From Fimbriosthenelais zetlandica (Eukaryota): a DNA stretch of 64,000 nucleotides. The first letter of the stretch is position 1; each line of letters opens with the position of its first letter. Both the position numbers and the translations under genes were made by a program. Of the stretch, positions 14,701 through 29,100 are shown in pieces. Where the stretch lies: positions 45,694,001 through 45,758,000 of the forward strand of contig OZ365111.1 of assembly GCA_977030845.1 (NCBI GenBank). Reading direction: 5' to 3'. Under the pieces are notes generated by a model, which did no database searches, had not been told where the DNA came from, and was given only the letters and a program-made list of their open reading frames with translations.

Positions 14701-15606
14701 TGGTCAGTGGTCATTGTCCAAGTCCAGTTTCATGTCATGAGCGGCGTGGTTGGCTATAGCCTTGTGACTCTACCCTCTGGTCTCTCCAAGCCTGCCAAGC
14801 CTTTTTGGCTTGTGCTCTTGTTTGCAATTGCTTTGGAATGACTCGGTAAATACAAGGGAGGTGCTGATTTGGCAGCGTGTGAAGTAGCCCTGTAATAATT
14901 GTCTACTCAACACCATGGAGAGTTTTAATTCACCATTGGCACAGCCTGCAATCCAGGGCAACCGACTGAAAAAAAGTAATAGAGAGGAGAGGAAATTAGG
15001 TAGTGCCAAGAGATTTTGTGAAGAAAAACAAACAGCATGTGTTCACACATACATGAAGTACAACACTCACAATAGCATGCCTCGGGCTGTGTCAGGGCCT
15101 TTTCTGGCAAAGCAGCATTCATGAATCATTATTTTTTATTAACAGGATAAAAAAAAATAGATGAAAAACATTTGTCTGTGCTGGTAAGAAGAAAACATCT
15201 GCTCATAGCTTTGAAAGGAATGACTAGAAACCATGTTCTATTATTTTTTCCTTCATATCTAAGAGAAATTCTATTTCTTTTTTTATGGGAATCGAATATA
15301 GACTTTTGTCATTTGGAATGTGTACTCCCACTTTTTCCACACCACGAGAACTTTCTACTTGCATGAAATGTTCTTCCTGATGTTTTTGATTCCGTACTAA
15401 ATTCCATGAATAACCTTCCGTGATATAGACCTGCGTCATTTGCCTATTGTACCATGGTGAGCATCTTCTTTCGAAACGGCCCTCGGGTCTTAAAGCTGTT
15501 ATAGAGTCGTTCATATGTTGTTAGGAGAGCCAGGGACTGGCAGTGTCACCAGGTATAATGGAGATACAAGAAGGAACCAGTGGCTCCAATGTGCTTACAG
15601 ATTCTA

Positions 15607-15622
15607 CCTATAGGGGGCACCA
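15607..15622 (+). promoter_or_regulatory. CTCF-like motif
   Basis: CCTATAGGGGGCACCA matches the AGGGGGCAC core; the 5' part deviates from consensus. Confidence 0.3.
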
Positions 15623-18600
15623 GTGTCCTTAAAAGGGCCGTCGGGCGCGCCATAGTCCCGGTCTATAATCATGCTCGGGGCAGTCTATAATTTGCCTGAT
15701 AATTCCTATGCACAAGGCCCTCCCCTCAATTGGCACGCTTGTCCTATGGGCAGGCATTACTATGTGGGGAAATGAGGGGTCCATGGGCAGTATGGGCGTG
15801 TCCCCCAACCCTCTGGTCACTTCACACCTGTGATGGGAAGGCCAATGATTACAGGTGTGGTCGGTAGTGGGCAGGGGGAGCTGGGCGTACTGCCAATTAT
15901 GAGAGCCTAACAAAAGTCCATACGGTCTGTCATTAAACCGGACGACTGACTAACTTTTATATGTACACCTCCCTATACTCACAGGCTCAGTTTCCATCTT
16001 AAAAACTGCCATTCTGACTCCAAAATGATTGTTAAAAAGCCGAAAATTAATACCGTTTGAATCTAGAAAGATCAGGAGCGTTTCGCTCAAAGCTATACAT
16101 CAATGATTTCTAATATATCACAAGCACATACTCCGGATCCATTTGCCACAGAGAATATACCTTTGAATCCCCCGATGTATATCCATAATTAACAGCATTC
16201 CTTATCTGTAAGTTTGATGCAGTATCACTTCAAACACAACAGTATTAATTTATCAGTGTCCCTATCTGATATGGCCACCAAATGAGTACTGTGATTGCCC
16301 TAACAGTCAATCTAATCTATAGTGCTATGTCACTTGAGCAATGATTTATTTTTCTTTACAGAAGGCCATATTGACAATGGTGATATATAGCTTTCTGCTT
16401 ATCATCTCTACAGGTGCAAGTGTTCATATATGTATCTTTGTAAAGTCATCTCACTTGTATCACATGAACCAGTAATAACTCCCCAGTATCAGTTGATTAT
16501 GCTCACCCTGCCCCCTCAATACTGCGGACAAAAGAAGAATGAGATAAGAAAGTGTGTAATCTGTATTCAATTGTTTGCCTACCAGGTTGTTCAGAACCAA
16601 GTGTGTGAGTTGTTGACACAGTTTATCTCCAGTTCAAGAACAACTAATGGTATTGCACCTCCCAGTCTTTACTCATCATTTTGGGGATTCACAAGGCTTG
16701 GTTCCGTTTTCTAGATCCGAATGATCTATGAGTTTTTTCTAACTTTGAAAGGAGCTTGAAGACCTGAGAAATACCTGCATGCTGTTTCGACTTTCACATT
16801 CAAGTTGTAGATCCAGAGGTTTGTGGATCTCCTGCGCATAGCGAGGTAAATTGATTCTTTTAGAGTTGTTTTGGCTAGAAGAAAGTAACCAACACATTAA
16901 GTTTGCTCTCAGACAATAAGGCTTGTATTAAGCAAAATAATTGTACAATCTTTAGTTTCGAATTTAATTGCACTATTCGAAAAATAGAAGCATCTATCTG
17001 CTTAAAGGTGCATGGTATAATTTTTCCCAAAGAATTGTATCTTAAACTAAAATTTAACTGTAATCCCATTGCAGCCTGATTTGATAGGGCCTATATGAAG
17101 CAGCATATAATTGAGAGGTTGTAAAAGAAGATTTGTTTTTACCTCTCTTCCTTTCCATTCCTTCCCATTAAATCGCACGGATTTCTCTCTTAAATGTATG
17201 TAGACCTTGCTTGATAAAATGATCCCTGATAGAAAAAGAAGTGTGGGGGATGGGAACACTCTAGCAAAAGCATCCCCGACAAAAACAGGCTTAGGCAGAT
17301 TGGTTTGTATTTTTCATGGACAATGTAAGCTATATCTGCGACAGTGAAGGAGCGAGGAAAAACAAGAAAGACAGTGCACCAAAGTGTCAGTAAGAAGCTT
17401 GCCAATGTAGATCTACTGTGACAAAAAAAGAGCAGAGCTTCACTTTCAAGAGTTTGCTATAGGAGTAAGGGGGTCCATGCCTTTGCATTGTGTGCCTCAG
17501 ATGTAAGCAAACTATTTAAATGCCTCTGCTAGGGAGGCCCATCTTTTCTTACCTCGTACTTTTTTCACTTCCGTCTGTTTCAAACACTATATTCACCTTT
17601 CAATAACAACCGTCGCCTTAGCAAATATGAAGAGGCATTCCATCATGCTCGGGGCCATTGGATGGACAGGAGTACTTAGAAAAATTCAAATTACGTGTTT
17701 TAAACGAGCAGGTATTAAGTAAGAAGTGGCTTTAGCTTTTATGAATACTTGAAAGCCTTTGCCTTCGAATACTGGCTTGCAACTCGAGTGTTCCTTGGCA
17801 TTTGATAACTGAGCTTGCCTGCAAGTTTCAAGCCCACTTGGATTTCAAGTGGAATAACACCCATAATGTATTCTTAGCCGCAAAGAGGCTTGAGGGAATA
17901 TTTGAAAAACTGGCCAGACGTGAGTTACTGATAATCAAGTACCCAAGAGCTAATATGGGGTTTCAGTATACTTACAACATCTCTAATCCTTTAAGCGAGA
18001 TCAACCTCTCTGAGTAGTCCTTGGAACAATATCTTGAAGCTCTCTAAAGTTGGGTATGATCTATGTGCATAGGCATAGCTAAGAGATTCTTCAAAGTGAG
18101 TGCTTGTTCATGGACTGAAATTGGATTCTTTTACCTATACGTCCCCATTTTTATTTACTCACATCTGTACTGCTGTTGAATTGTTTTCTTTGCTAAGACT
18201 AATGTTAAGGGCATTGAAAGTAAGATTGTTACTTTCTTGGTTCACATAGCAATTATCCCTTAACTGCATGATCGTGCAAATAATATCAAATACTCAAAGA
18301 ATCATATTTTATATGGTAAGGGCTCGCACCAATCACCAAGTATGTTAAATATAAGCCATGTTATCACCTGCTGTGTTATCGTCCACCAGTGAGAGATTAT
18401 CTTACCCAGTGGTGTTTATTCATCACCGTGATCTGTGTATCAGTTTTACCTGATGACTAGATGTAGTTTAATCTACACCGGGCCTTGTCAGGCACGCTAT
18501 GCTCCATTACCTTACTTACTGATTGTATAGGTAACAATCACACCTTACCTTATCACACCTCCACCAGTACTTCACCATTCACATACCTGACAAGCTCCGG

Positions 18601-20280
18601 TCTCAGATGATTGCCAGAACAGCCGCAGCCCCTCCCCCCAGCAACAAGCTCTTCTTTTGATCGTGCGCACCCATCCGTGTATGTCTATCATCCAGCTCAG
18701 ATGTCATTGAAAGGGCTTGGTTTAACCCTCCCTAAAATAGGGAAGGTTGAGAATGGTTTACTTATAATGGCTTGCCACAACAATGGGCCGCATTTTGAGG
18801 CTATTCCTCTACTTCGAAGGCCAAGTGGGTGTTCACTTAACTCTAAATGGCTTTGGGGCTCAACAAATGATTTGTCAAAACTGACTTGTTTGAATACAAA
18901 TTAATGTGACTCTTAGTTAAAATATATACTTTGATTGCCTTTTATTCATGTAGATTCATACCTATCAACTAGTAATTTGTTGGTTTGTTATCTAAAGTAT
19001 TGAATAACTGTCAAATTCTATTGAATCTAAGCTAAACTGAGTAAAAACCAATCTAAATCCAACTTGCTATTCTCGCTATCTTGTGGTAACATGCAATTTA
19101 TTTTGAGAGGCATGTGAGAGCGGTTTCCATTTGCGGCAATATTATTACATCCTAATAATATTAATTGCTCAATTAGCATCTTTAATTCCCCTGGCATCTC
19201 AAACGACTATTTCAAGCAAACCTTCATTATATTCGTTTTCAACTACAGAGAGATTTTTATCTAATTAAATTTGGCCACCTAATTGATTAGATTCCCAGCC
19301 TAACCTTTCCCTGTCCTTTAAGGTTTCAATTCAAAGGCCAAACCTCTAGCCAAGTCCTTCAGTGCTGAGCAGCGAAAGGAGATTGTAAAGGAATTGAAGG
19401 GAAGATATTATTATTGGCATTTGTAATTTGAAGGAAGAGGCAGCCTTTAGGAATGTGTATAGATATGCAAAGAAGGCCGCAGCCGAGGCACTTAGAGGTG
19501 ATAAAGATTATCACGTCAGTGTTTTGGGGTTTAATGAGGAATTCTAGGTAATGATTAGGTAAATTGGCCATCATGGTGGTTACATAGGAGACGAAAGAAG
19601 CCTGCAGGCAGGGCCATAATGAGTCGGCGTTGTCAATCTATAGCTGGGCCCTGACTGGCTCGTTCAGTAATTTATCATGATTAAAGATCCCTATTAAGCA
19701 CTGCCTTAAAGCAGCTCCTCGCTTTTTTTTATCGCGCTGACTCCCGCCTCTGATTACACCATCCCGCTCTTTGTTTTTCCCCCCAGTTTCCAAGTTAATT
19801 GTCGTTTACCGGCAAAAACCGAAATTGCCAATAAAGGCCTTAAATTGTGAAAGCCATGAGGCATTGAAAACAACATCCCGCACTGGCAGCTGAAATTGCA
19901 TCATTGATTAAAAATTCATAGCAGAGGGGGGTTGTTGGTGGTTTTTCAATGCCGGTAGGGGGGCTTGTGGCGGGGAGGGGAGCAAGCATCCGTGGCATGT
20001 CTTTGATTTAATAATTAAACCCTGCATAAAGCGCCGCCTTGCGTGGCCTCTGATGCTACACGGTGGAGGCTCGTAGAGGCGTCAAGTTTCACTCACCTCC
20101 ATCCTTCATCATGCCTCAGACCTCCCACTTTTCAATGCTTCTCTGATTAGAACAAGATCACATTGCGCTGAGGATGGGATGATCCTTTCCTGTCCGACTG
20201 CCAGGTCACAACTCCCTCAATCTCCCTCCTGCTTAAACATGTGTCTCTTAGACATACATCATTATTACCATACAAACAAT

Positions 20281-20430
20281 ACTCTTTTCCCTCTCCCTTT
20301 CCTTTATTCTCTTCCACTATCTTCTCTTTCTTCGCTTTCTCCTGATCGCCCCCTCCTTCTCCCATCCTCTGCTTTCTAATATTTCATTTTCTTCTTTCCC
20401 GCTGATTTCACCCAGTCTATTTTTTTCTCC
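20281..20430 (+). repeat. CT-rich low-complexity tract
   Basis: Pyrimidine-rich tract; source of the E/K/G-rich minus-strand ORFs. Confidence 0.85.
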
Positions 20431-21749
20431 TCCCTCAATCAAAACCCCTTTAAGAGCCTGAGGCATTCCATGACAACTGGATACTTGACGCAAATTATTC
20501 CTCTCAACCAAAACCTCCACCCATAAAGCCAAGGAGAAAGCTAGTAATCCACAAATTCACCACCCATTTTACTTCATTTCAAAGTCCTGAGCCAGTAGCA
20601 TATTGTATTTTTGTCTTAATTTCCTCAAGCGAATGCGAGAAAATTAAAAAGTCTTAAAGGAATCCCCTCTTTAATCTTAAAAGAACTTGATGAGGACTGA
20701 GACAAAAATGATATCTCAAGATTATACTCATTAAAGAGTCGAAGAGGACACTTGATAGGAATTAGTGGGTGAAAAAAGAAGCAAATGAGCTTCAAAAGAA
20801 ATTATAATTGTCCCCATTTTTTTTCTCAAATGCAGGGAATTCTTTCTCGATACGCAAGCGCCTGTGAGAACTGATCTTGCTTGTTTTTTTCCTCGTCATA
20901 TGGTTTACAGAGCCGTAGCAGGTGCCAAGATGACTGAGGGAGGGAGTTAGTACTAGTTTTTCTGCCAACTCTCTCACCCAAGTCTTTTTTACCCACCAGT
21001 GAGGCTGTGTCTGTGATGCAGTGGTGCCACCTGGTGTAAAATGTTGCCAATGCATCCATAACTCGAGGCTCTGCATCACAGGAGGCAGGCCCGTGCTGAG
21101 ACCATTGCAGCTTCAGGGGTGTGCTATATTGTACTGAGAGACATGCACAAGACAAGAACCAAATGTTCTTGTAATTGTTTAACACTACCTACAACCAGGG
21201 CCATATCGCCACATGGAGGAAACACACTGTTGGTTATATGCCCTGTTCTCATTGACATCAATGGTTTATTTTCATGACAATTGAGACATGGCTGGGCTTT
21301 TGTAACCCACCTCTGAATGAGCTCCAAGATACATTATCCAATGCTCACAATAATTCAGTTTTGAAGACATTTATTGTTTCTCGATAACATGCAGAAAGCA
21401 CCGTAGAAATATGATCCAGACAGACTCCAGGGATGTTGATGGAAAGATCTAGGGTCCCCTCCCGACGACCGCACGCAATAAAGATAGTGAGGATAGTCTA
21501 GCTTGCCTTAATCGTACCATTCGATTCCATGGCCCCCTGATGATCCCACAGATCGCCTTCTCCGCCTCCGAGAACCAATCTGTCAAAGAAGAAAGGGGGT
21601 CGTTTTGAAAAGAAGATCCAGAAGGGACTGACAGAGATAATTTGTGTGTGATAACGTTGTGAGGGATATTATCCCATCGGCCCCGTGCTGATACTCTATC
21701 GGCATTTGCCAAGGCCTATTTAGGGTAGGGCCGCCGTTAGCAGAGGGAG

Positions 21750-23520
21750 CTGGAGGGGCCCTATTGGCCGCACAAATCTGATTGTGTGTAAATCACGACG
21801 ATGACAGAGGATAAGAATGTGTCAAGTCTGAATTACAACAGCCGGGCCTCCGCATTTATTGAATGTGATAAAAAGCCGAGGCAAGCCGCAGAAAAACCCT
21901 CTCCCCTATCACTCATTTCCATAAATGCAATTACCTACTAATATCATTATAGGTGATATAAAGAAAGAATCCCGATGACGCTCGGGATTTAGATAAAAAC
22001 CTTTTTCCTGGGGACGAAGGCTCAGGAGGAGACAGGACGTGAATTAATGTGACAATTCCTCCCTCCAGCCCTCCAGCTTCCCCCATTTTTCCATTTACAA
22101 TTTTCCACTGGCTGAGCGCCACCCTAAAGCCGTCTATTTTACAGGCCTGAAGGGGCCCATATTGAATTGTGCTTGATGTGAGGGGCCTTGTGAGGGATTA
22201 TCCTCTTGGTCAGGCGGGAGGGGATTACTATATTTTGACACGGTCACTACATAAATCCATACTCATCCGCCCGTATAGCAACTGCTCACTTCCCTCTGGC
22301 CTCCAAAGGCTAACCTCCTCTCGCGCCTGCCTTGGCCGTGTATGGAATCCATTCTATCACATCTTTAGCAGTCCAAGCACGGGCGAGGCAATCAATTTGG
22401 ATTTGAATGGCGCGGATTATTAGATTACACCGCAAAACACTCACATTATCCATAAGTCTGCCTCTTTAAATATGCATGGCAAGTGTGGAAATGCGGCCCT
22501 GGATAGACTATACTGCTGTACTTGATGTTTACCATTAAGTCCCTAGGTAGAAACCTCTGCTGTAGGGGGACAGTGAGAGGTGAGAAATGGATGGAAATAG
22601 ATTGGTGCATTATCGACTGGTTCTATAACCCAGCCCTGCATGTCCGGTCTTAAGTTAATCCACTCATGGGGTCAGGCCTGATCACATCCCCTTGTCTCAC
22701 CAGCCAATCTGTCTTCACTTCTTTTGCCGAATGGCTCTGAGATGCTCAGAGGCGCTCCAGCGTGAAAATCCCCATCCAATCATTAACCAAACCCCCAGAC
22801 AGGAACAACATCGGAATAATCATTACAAAATCACACAGGCATTGCATCAAGCACCAATGCTTCTGGCTTGTTTTGTCACTTTTTTTAAACACCTCCCAAC
22901 AAAAAGATGATTATTTTTGGCCGATTCCTTGAATGATTTTTAATGCACTCAATGCGGTGTGAACGTTAAGCCTTTTGGGGGTAAAAATGTGGCGGGCTTG
23001 GATTAAATGATACTCCCCTTGTCACCTCACGTAGAGAGGGGATGGCCCAGAGGGGGGCCCCTCAATCCCCCTCCCCCACGCCCTCTTCTTTGGTTGCCAT
23101 GGAAACAGAGCCAGGAGGGTGCGTGCGGGCGGGGGTCGATAATAAGTAATTATCCGCGTGTTGTACGGCCGGCATTAGCTGTAATCGTCACTAATAAATA
23201 GGATTTTCTGTAACAATATCTGGACGGAGATGAAAGCTCTGCCATGATTGATGAACACAAATGTAAATGGGGGGTGGGGATGCACACTAGCGACGCCACT
23301 CCTCCTACCGCTGCTTAAAGAAACCTCAGCTCTCGTGATCTCGCGAGAAAACGCGCCGCAAAAAACAGATGGAGACATGCCACCATTTGCGGTTAAAAAG
23401 GCAAAATGGGAAATTGTATGTTGTCGAATAATTTGAATGAATTAGGAGGCGAAGGGAGCTTTTTTGCGTTCACTGCTAATGGACCGACGTCTTCTTCAAT
23501 TTTTAACCTCCGCCTACTTA
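21750..23520. promoter_or_regulatory. Enhancer/CNE-like blocks
   Basis: Dense TAAT/TAATTA, TGAT and GATA motifs in CpG-containing non-coding sequence; inference only. Confidence 0.35.
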
Positions 23521-24804
23521 TTACTTCGGAAGAAGTAACGTTCAGTATCTAGGTTATCTAAAGGAGAATTTTGTGAATGTAAAGGCCTAAATGATTGGAG
23601 AATTTGTTACCAATCGAAGGTAATTATCAAGGCTTTGGTTTGAATGTCATAATGAAGTTTCTTACGAAAGCAACAGTTAATTATTCCTTTATTAATACTT
23701 TCAATATTAATAATGTGTATTTTAGCCCCCAAAACCAGTCTTGCCAGTTCTGCATCAGCTTGAACATATTTTACACTGTCAACTTCATTCACAATATAAA
23801 TGCCAGAAGAAAGATAAAAGAAGGGCCTGCGGCACAACTACTCCTATACCAATGACGATTGTTGTTCAAAGAACAACTAATTCATTAGACTGTGGAAGCA
23901 AATGAGTCTTTTTTCCTCTCCTCGTTTCTGAATGTTCATCAAAGAGACAGCCTTATCACTCGATACACATTGACATGTTGGATTGTCTTAAAGAAGTCCA
24001 AGTGCTTGAAGGCAGAACCCGCCATCGGGGCGAGCTCGCATGGAAATGACTACCTTTTTACTTGAAATTGAAGAACGGGTGCTCAGTGAAGCAAATTATT
24101 CCCCATAATCAAGAAAGGAGTCAATGTTATTTCAGTGAGGAAGCACTGTAATGAATTTTGCTTCTTGGAATGGCTTTTAGATAGGATGGCGGCACGAAAC
24201 CCCATGCACTCCGCGCTGAAGAGGAAGGAGAGAAAAAAGCAAATTGTTAAAATGAAAAACAGGCCTAACAAACAAAATCGATGTGGAAAAATCAATATGC
24301 AGAATATCTAGGGTGTATTGGAATGGAGAGGGTTTTTTAAATAATACCCGATTATCCCTTACCATTGGTGCCAAGAAAAAGGGGGTGGCTGCATTCGGTT
24401 CAATTTAGCATTTCAGAAGCATGTCTGGGAACACTTGGTGTTCTGCTTTTATAAATACATCTTGGTATGAGAGAGAGGTTATCGAACACTGCCATGCGTG
24501 CAGGAGAATAATATGGGGGAATATTTCCTTGGTAATAACAGATGTTTTGTCCTGACAAATGTTTCAAGAAAAATGAGCGGCTGAAGTGAGGGGAAAACGA
24601 GGCCTATAATCTAGTTGACGCACTGCAGCTATGCCGAGTAAAATGGATGACTTTTTAAAAAAGAGCCTTGCGTGCGTAGTCTCCCGTGGAAAATGAATAT
24701 TGATAAGAATGGCATAGCAATATTGAAGAGTCTACCGAGACCGCCTTAAATCAGGAAAGAAGGGATAGAAATGACTTTGCCGCGCGTTGGTGGGGAAAAA
24801 ATGG

Positions 24805-24860
24805 GAGGAGAGAGATAGAGAAAGAGAGAGTGAGAGGGGGGAAAAAGAAAAAGGGGGAGT
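24805..24860 (+). repeat. Purine-rich (GA) tract
   Basis: gggaggagagagatagagaaagagagagtgagagggggaaaaagaaaaagggggag. Confidence 0.85.
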
Positions 24861-25995
24861 GGGATTGAATCAAACTGACTTGTCAGTCAGCGTAGCACAT
24901 TTGGCTGCATTGAAGACGAAATAAGCGGGGATAATGGTCCCTATTGTATTGAGGAGAAAGAAAGCGGACTTGACTAGCTGGATGGGTAGGAGTGATGGGC
25001 GGCTGGTAGGGGAGGATCTAGGAGTCGCTCTGCCACGGGCCCTGGGGCCTAATTATAGGGTGAGAATAGCGGGGCCATCTTTGCTGCGAGTAAATCACAA
25101 TAATTAGCGGATGATCACTAACGGAAGGCAATCAATGGTTTGTAACTCTTTCCACATTCTTACTTAAACACATTTGATTGCAGGAGTGGAGGCTGGCAAG
25201 TTTGAACCATTAACTAGTACTCCCACCCCCACCCCCTAACTGTATGGGGTGGGGTGGGGGATGCATGGGAACTTGTCTAGAATATCACTGTTGCTTGCTC
25301 CGTTTCAAGCATTCCAATCTGACTGAATTAAACATGATTTTTGTTCAGAAAAAATATGCCCATATTATGTTCCCTTGTTGGCTGGCATAGCACAGGGATA
25401 TGCCCGCCTTACAACTTCTTTGATATCCTCACATTTCAATTACAAGACTGATGGATGGCTGGAGCGGGAAATAAATAGGCATTGGTCGTGTGTGCGGCTA
25501 ATTTTATAGGAACAAAGTAACGAGGCCAAATTGAATGAACAGTCGTGGTGATTGGCAGATGAGCCCACGATAGCACTCGCCAGCTCCTTCAGACAAGATG
25601 GCCGACCAAGGCTGAGCTATGGTCACTATGGATGAATGGCGACAAATTGACAGCGGGTCTTATTAATCATTAGTGCAATTGCTCCTCGCACAATTGCTCC
25701 TGTTGGAAGCGCCAACTCAACAGGAAAGACCGCGTAATGGATGCTTTATAATGATCGCCCATAGGCTAATAATGTTAAAGGCCGACAAAAATCGATGGTC
25801 GGGCACCATTCCTCCTCATTTGCCCGCTAAATGATACCTTACAAGGCAATATCGCCGGGGTAATTATCGCTAATACTGAAATATAGAGGCTAGATTGGTG
25901 TCTAATGGGTGTTTGTGGTCACCCGCGCTCTGCTGAGGCCTCAGCTTGGCACAGTAGGCACTAACTGAGGACAGCTATAAAGTATTATTGACTGA

Positions 25996-26194
25996 TGCTC
26001 TCCTCACCGTGTCCTCACCTCTCTCTTGTCCTCTCTCTCACCTTCTCTCTGCTTTCTCTCTGTTATCCTTTCCTCTCTCTGCTTTCTCTCTTCTATATCC
26101 TTTCTCTCCTCAATCTCTCACTCTCCTCTTCCCCTTTCTATGCCCACGCTGTCTCTCCCTCTCCATCGCTCTCTATCTCTCTCTCTATCTCTCT
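25996..26194 (+). repeat. CT-rich low-complexity tract
   Basis: Interrupted (CT)n. Confidence 0.92.
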
Positions 26195-29100
26195 AACCAA
26201 TACTACTGCCCTCAACTTCCTCAGATCCCTCTGTGGGTAATTGCTGTAATGCCTATATCTCTTACTCATGTACTACTAATGAAACTCGCTGAAACAGTAA
26301 ATTGGACATGGGTGGATGGAAGTCGTTGAATAAGACAAAAATATTGAGTTTGCTTGCAGGAGGTGGAGTGCCGGGTCAGCATATTGCACATTATTGATAT
26401 GACTGGTCAGTGAATGGCTTCCTGGGGATTTACTAGGCTGAATATTTCACCCGGCGGAGATCACAATGTGGAAGGGTAGCCAGTCCGGTTTGATCCGTGT
26501 CTGTTAGTGTAAGCCTCAGTGGGACTGAGGATCACTCTGTGGCCTGGAGCAGGCCAATCTAAGTGGATTACATCCTCACCTCCCCCCACCCCCACCCACC
26601 CCCCACTCCTCCACCTCCAGCTCGTCTTCTTCCTCCTCCTCCTGCTCGCAACATCAATTTCCTCGCCATGTGAAAAATGTCGTCTGCCTGATTTCCACTC
26701 CAAACATTGTTAAGGCACAGAAAGCTGACCCATTTTAATGCCATCTTTACCGGAATAAAAACAGTCGGCTGAATGGTTGAGATAACTCTGCATGGCCATC
26801 TGCATAGAGATCTGATTGTGGAAAGTATTATGGAAAGTTATATTTATAAGTTATGGTAATACTATGATTCAGTGTTAATAGATGGGTGAATTATTTCTGC
26901 ATATTGCCGGAAATCTGTGGGTGCGGCATCTGCCCTTTCATTGATTACCTCCCGCGTCCCAGTAGCCCGGAATGCCTAAGGCCAATGCAGCAATTGAAAA
27001 ATGAGCAAATTTGGCCATGTCCTCTCGCTCTGGGAGCAGACAAATAATTTTATTTATGCTCCTGCCGCAGGTAACTGTGGGAATTTTTTTGAAAGCAATT
27101 GGCAAAATTGTGTCCGTGGGATGGAATTTGATTTCCAAAGTGCTGCATGTGTTGCTGCATTACAGAAGCATCTTTTTGGATTGAAAATATAAGAAGAGAG
27201 AAAATAAAGTTTCCATGCAAAAACCTAACTCTGCAGCAGTATTGTGAAATGTTCCACTGCTGCACATTTTTTAGTCCTTCCCCTGTTTGTACATTTAAGT
27301 ATAATGTCGGAATTATGAAGTTGTACGAGAACAGTGCGCTGGAGAATTGCCACAGTAATCTATTTAGTTGCAAACAGGGTTCTTGCCTGAGTCAACTTAA
27401 TAGCGATCTGCATGGAAAATTTGGTAATTTCCTGCATTAGGCAAGAGCGCCGCTTAAGGCAGCTCAGATATCTGATAAACAAACGATAATCCAATAACGA
27501 TCCAATATTCATGGCTCTGTCCGGCCTCCGACATAAAAATATCAATGTAATTCCATGCCATGCGCCCAACGCACACTGAGAAAACCACTGTCTCAATTAC
27601 CATTTTCAGTCTCCTTTCTCCTCCCCCTCTTTCCTCCCTCCTTTCCCCCCACTCCACTCTTGCTCGCTCTCAGACAGGCATTTTGATAGAGTCCCTTGTG
27701 CCAAGACCTTTCCGTGTCCATTGGGAGGACACTGCCGTGGGGGCTTTGACCTTCCCCCTAGTCCCGCTATGACCCTAGATGCTTGCCTTACATGCCACTA
27801 ACTAGACCCAAGACACAGGAGGAGGCTGTGCCTCTCACACGGCCTCCAGGCCAAGATTACTATATTGCATGGATGGAAATGTCACATATCAAAAGATGCA
27901 TAGAGAGAAAAGGCCCAGGATGATCCAAGACTCTGGCGGCACAACCATGGCAAGTAAAATGACAACTTCTCCCAGCAGAGGCACACATCAAAGGTGCGCA
28001 CGCACGCCCGGCAGGACATAGCGACCCCTGGGTAATTAGGTCAGAGAGACGCTTGAGGGGTGTGAGATAGTGGCGTGGGAACCAGAACCAGTGTATGTGT
28101 GATCACTGCCCTATTTTACATCAGCGATGACAGGTTGCCATAGAAAGGCTTTGTTATGGCCCTCGCGGATGGATACATAGAGAAAAGGTCATCTTGGACA
28201 GCGTGAAAGGGTGTCATTAACTTGTTGGGGATATTCTTACAAGATGTACTGCCGGGAGGTTATGGCTGTGTAATCGGTATTGTTTGATTGATGATAGTGA
28301 TCTGGCATGTAATAATGCTTCATGTGTTTCTTTTTTTTCTGTCTCCTTGTATTGCAATATGATGAATGCCTTTCAGATTATGAGAAGGCTTTGGTGTATT
28401 TAATCAGACAACCTAACAAAAAAATATCATGCGAGCTCATTTTTGTTCCTAAACGGAATGATTATTTTGGAAATGAAATTTATCCCTTTAAAATGACAGA
28501 ATGCTTTTAGGGATCATACTTGGCCAAGTCCTTTTCTGACTATGATCATCAGACTTCGATGTGAGCCATCTTTACCATTGACCATCACAGTGAATCAAGC
28601 CTGTTTTCCCAGTAGAACATACCCTCTATATCACGACCCCCACATCCGCCCCACTACCAGCTAACATTGCATGATAGATCCCTTCGGTGATGATCTTTTA
28701 GTGGCTCTGCCAGAGCCCACTCGCCAATACATCATATCCTGCGGCAATACCAACACTGGCCGGGGCCTCGGACACCCGTGATTTATAAGCTTCCCGCCAG
28801 GGATTTCAGCCCGCTGCACGTCATTAACCCATTGATAGCGATGCTAACATACTCCCATCACATATTTTATCATATGACCAGTGGGAATGGCTCTGGGGGA
28901 AAAAGTGGTAAGCTTGCCTGTAAAATACTAAGACCGCCCGCCTTGAGGGCGTGCCTCACAAATGATAGTAGTATAGGATTTTTTGAGTGAAGGCACGAGG
29001 CCTGTTAGGGGTTGGATGCATTGCTCTCTAGCTGTTTCAGGGTTAGCTGACCCTTGTTGATAAACATATATAGCTTTGGGTAAGCCTCTGACTCTCTAAC

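Noticed and set aside
14915-15124. Basic ORF considered as the AUTS2 exon 2 equivalent
   Set aside because: Splice sites are weak and phase-incompatible; similarity is only compositional.
16343-16394. Strong acceptor followed by a hydrophobic peptide (KAILTMVIYSFLLIIST)
   Set aside because: Weak donor (gtgcaa), 52 nt breaks phase, and the peptide does not fit a nuclear protein.
20792-21327. Overlapping minus-strand ORFs of 67-119 aa
   Set aside because: No recognisable family and no consistent frame across them.
21518-21579. Minus-strand 62-nt exon candidate (tctttgacAG...ATG|gtacga)
   Set aside because: Good acceptor but mediocre donor, not a multiple of three, and no partner exons found on the minus strand.
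23220-23229. 10-nt match to the 5' end of miR-184 (TGGACGGAGA)
   Set aside because: Sequence diverges after 10 nt and no hairpin is present.
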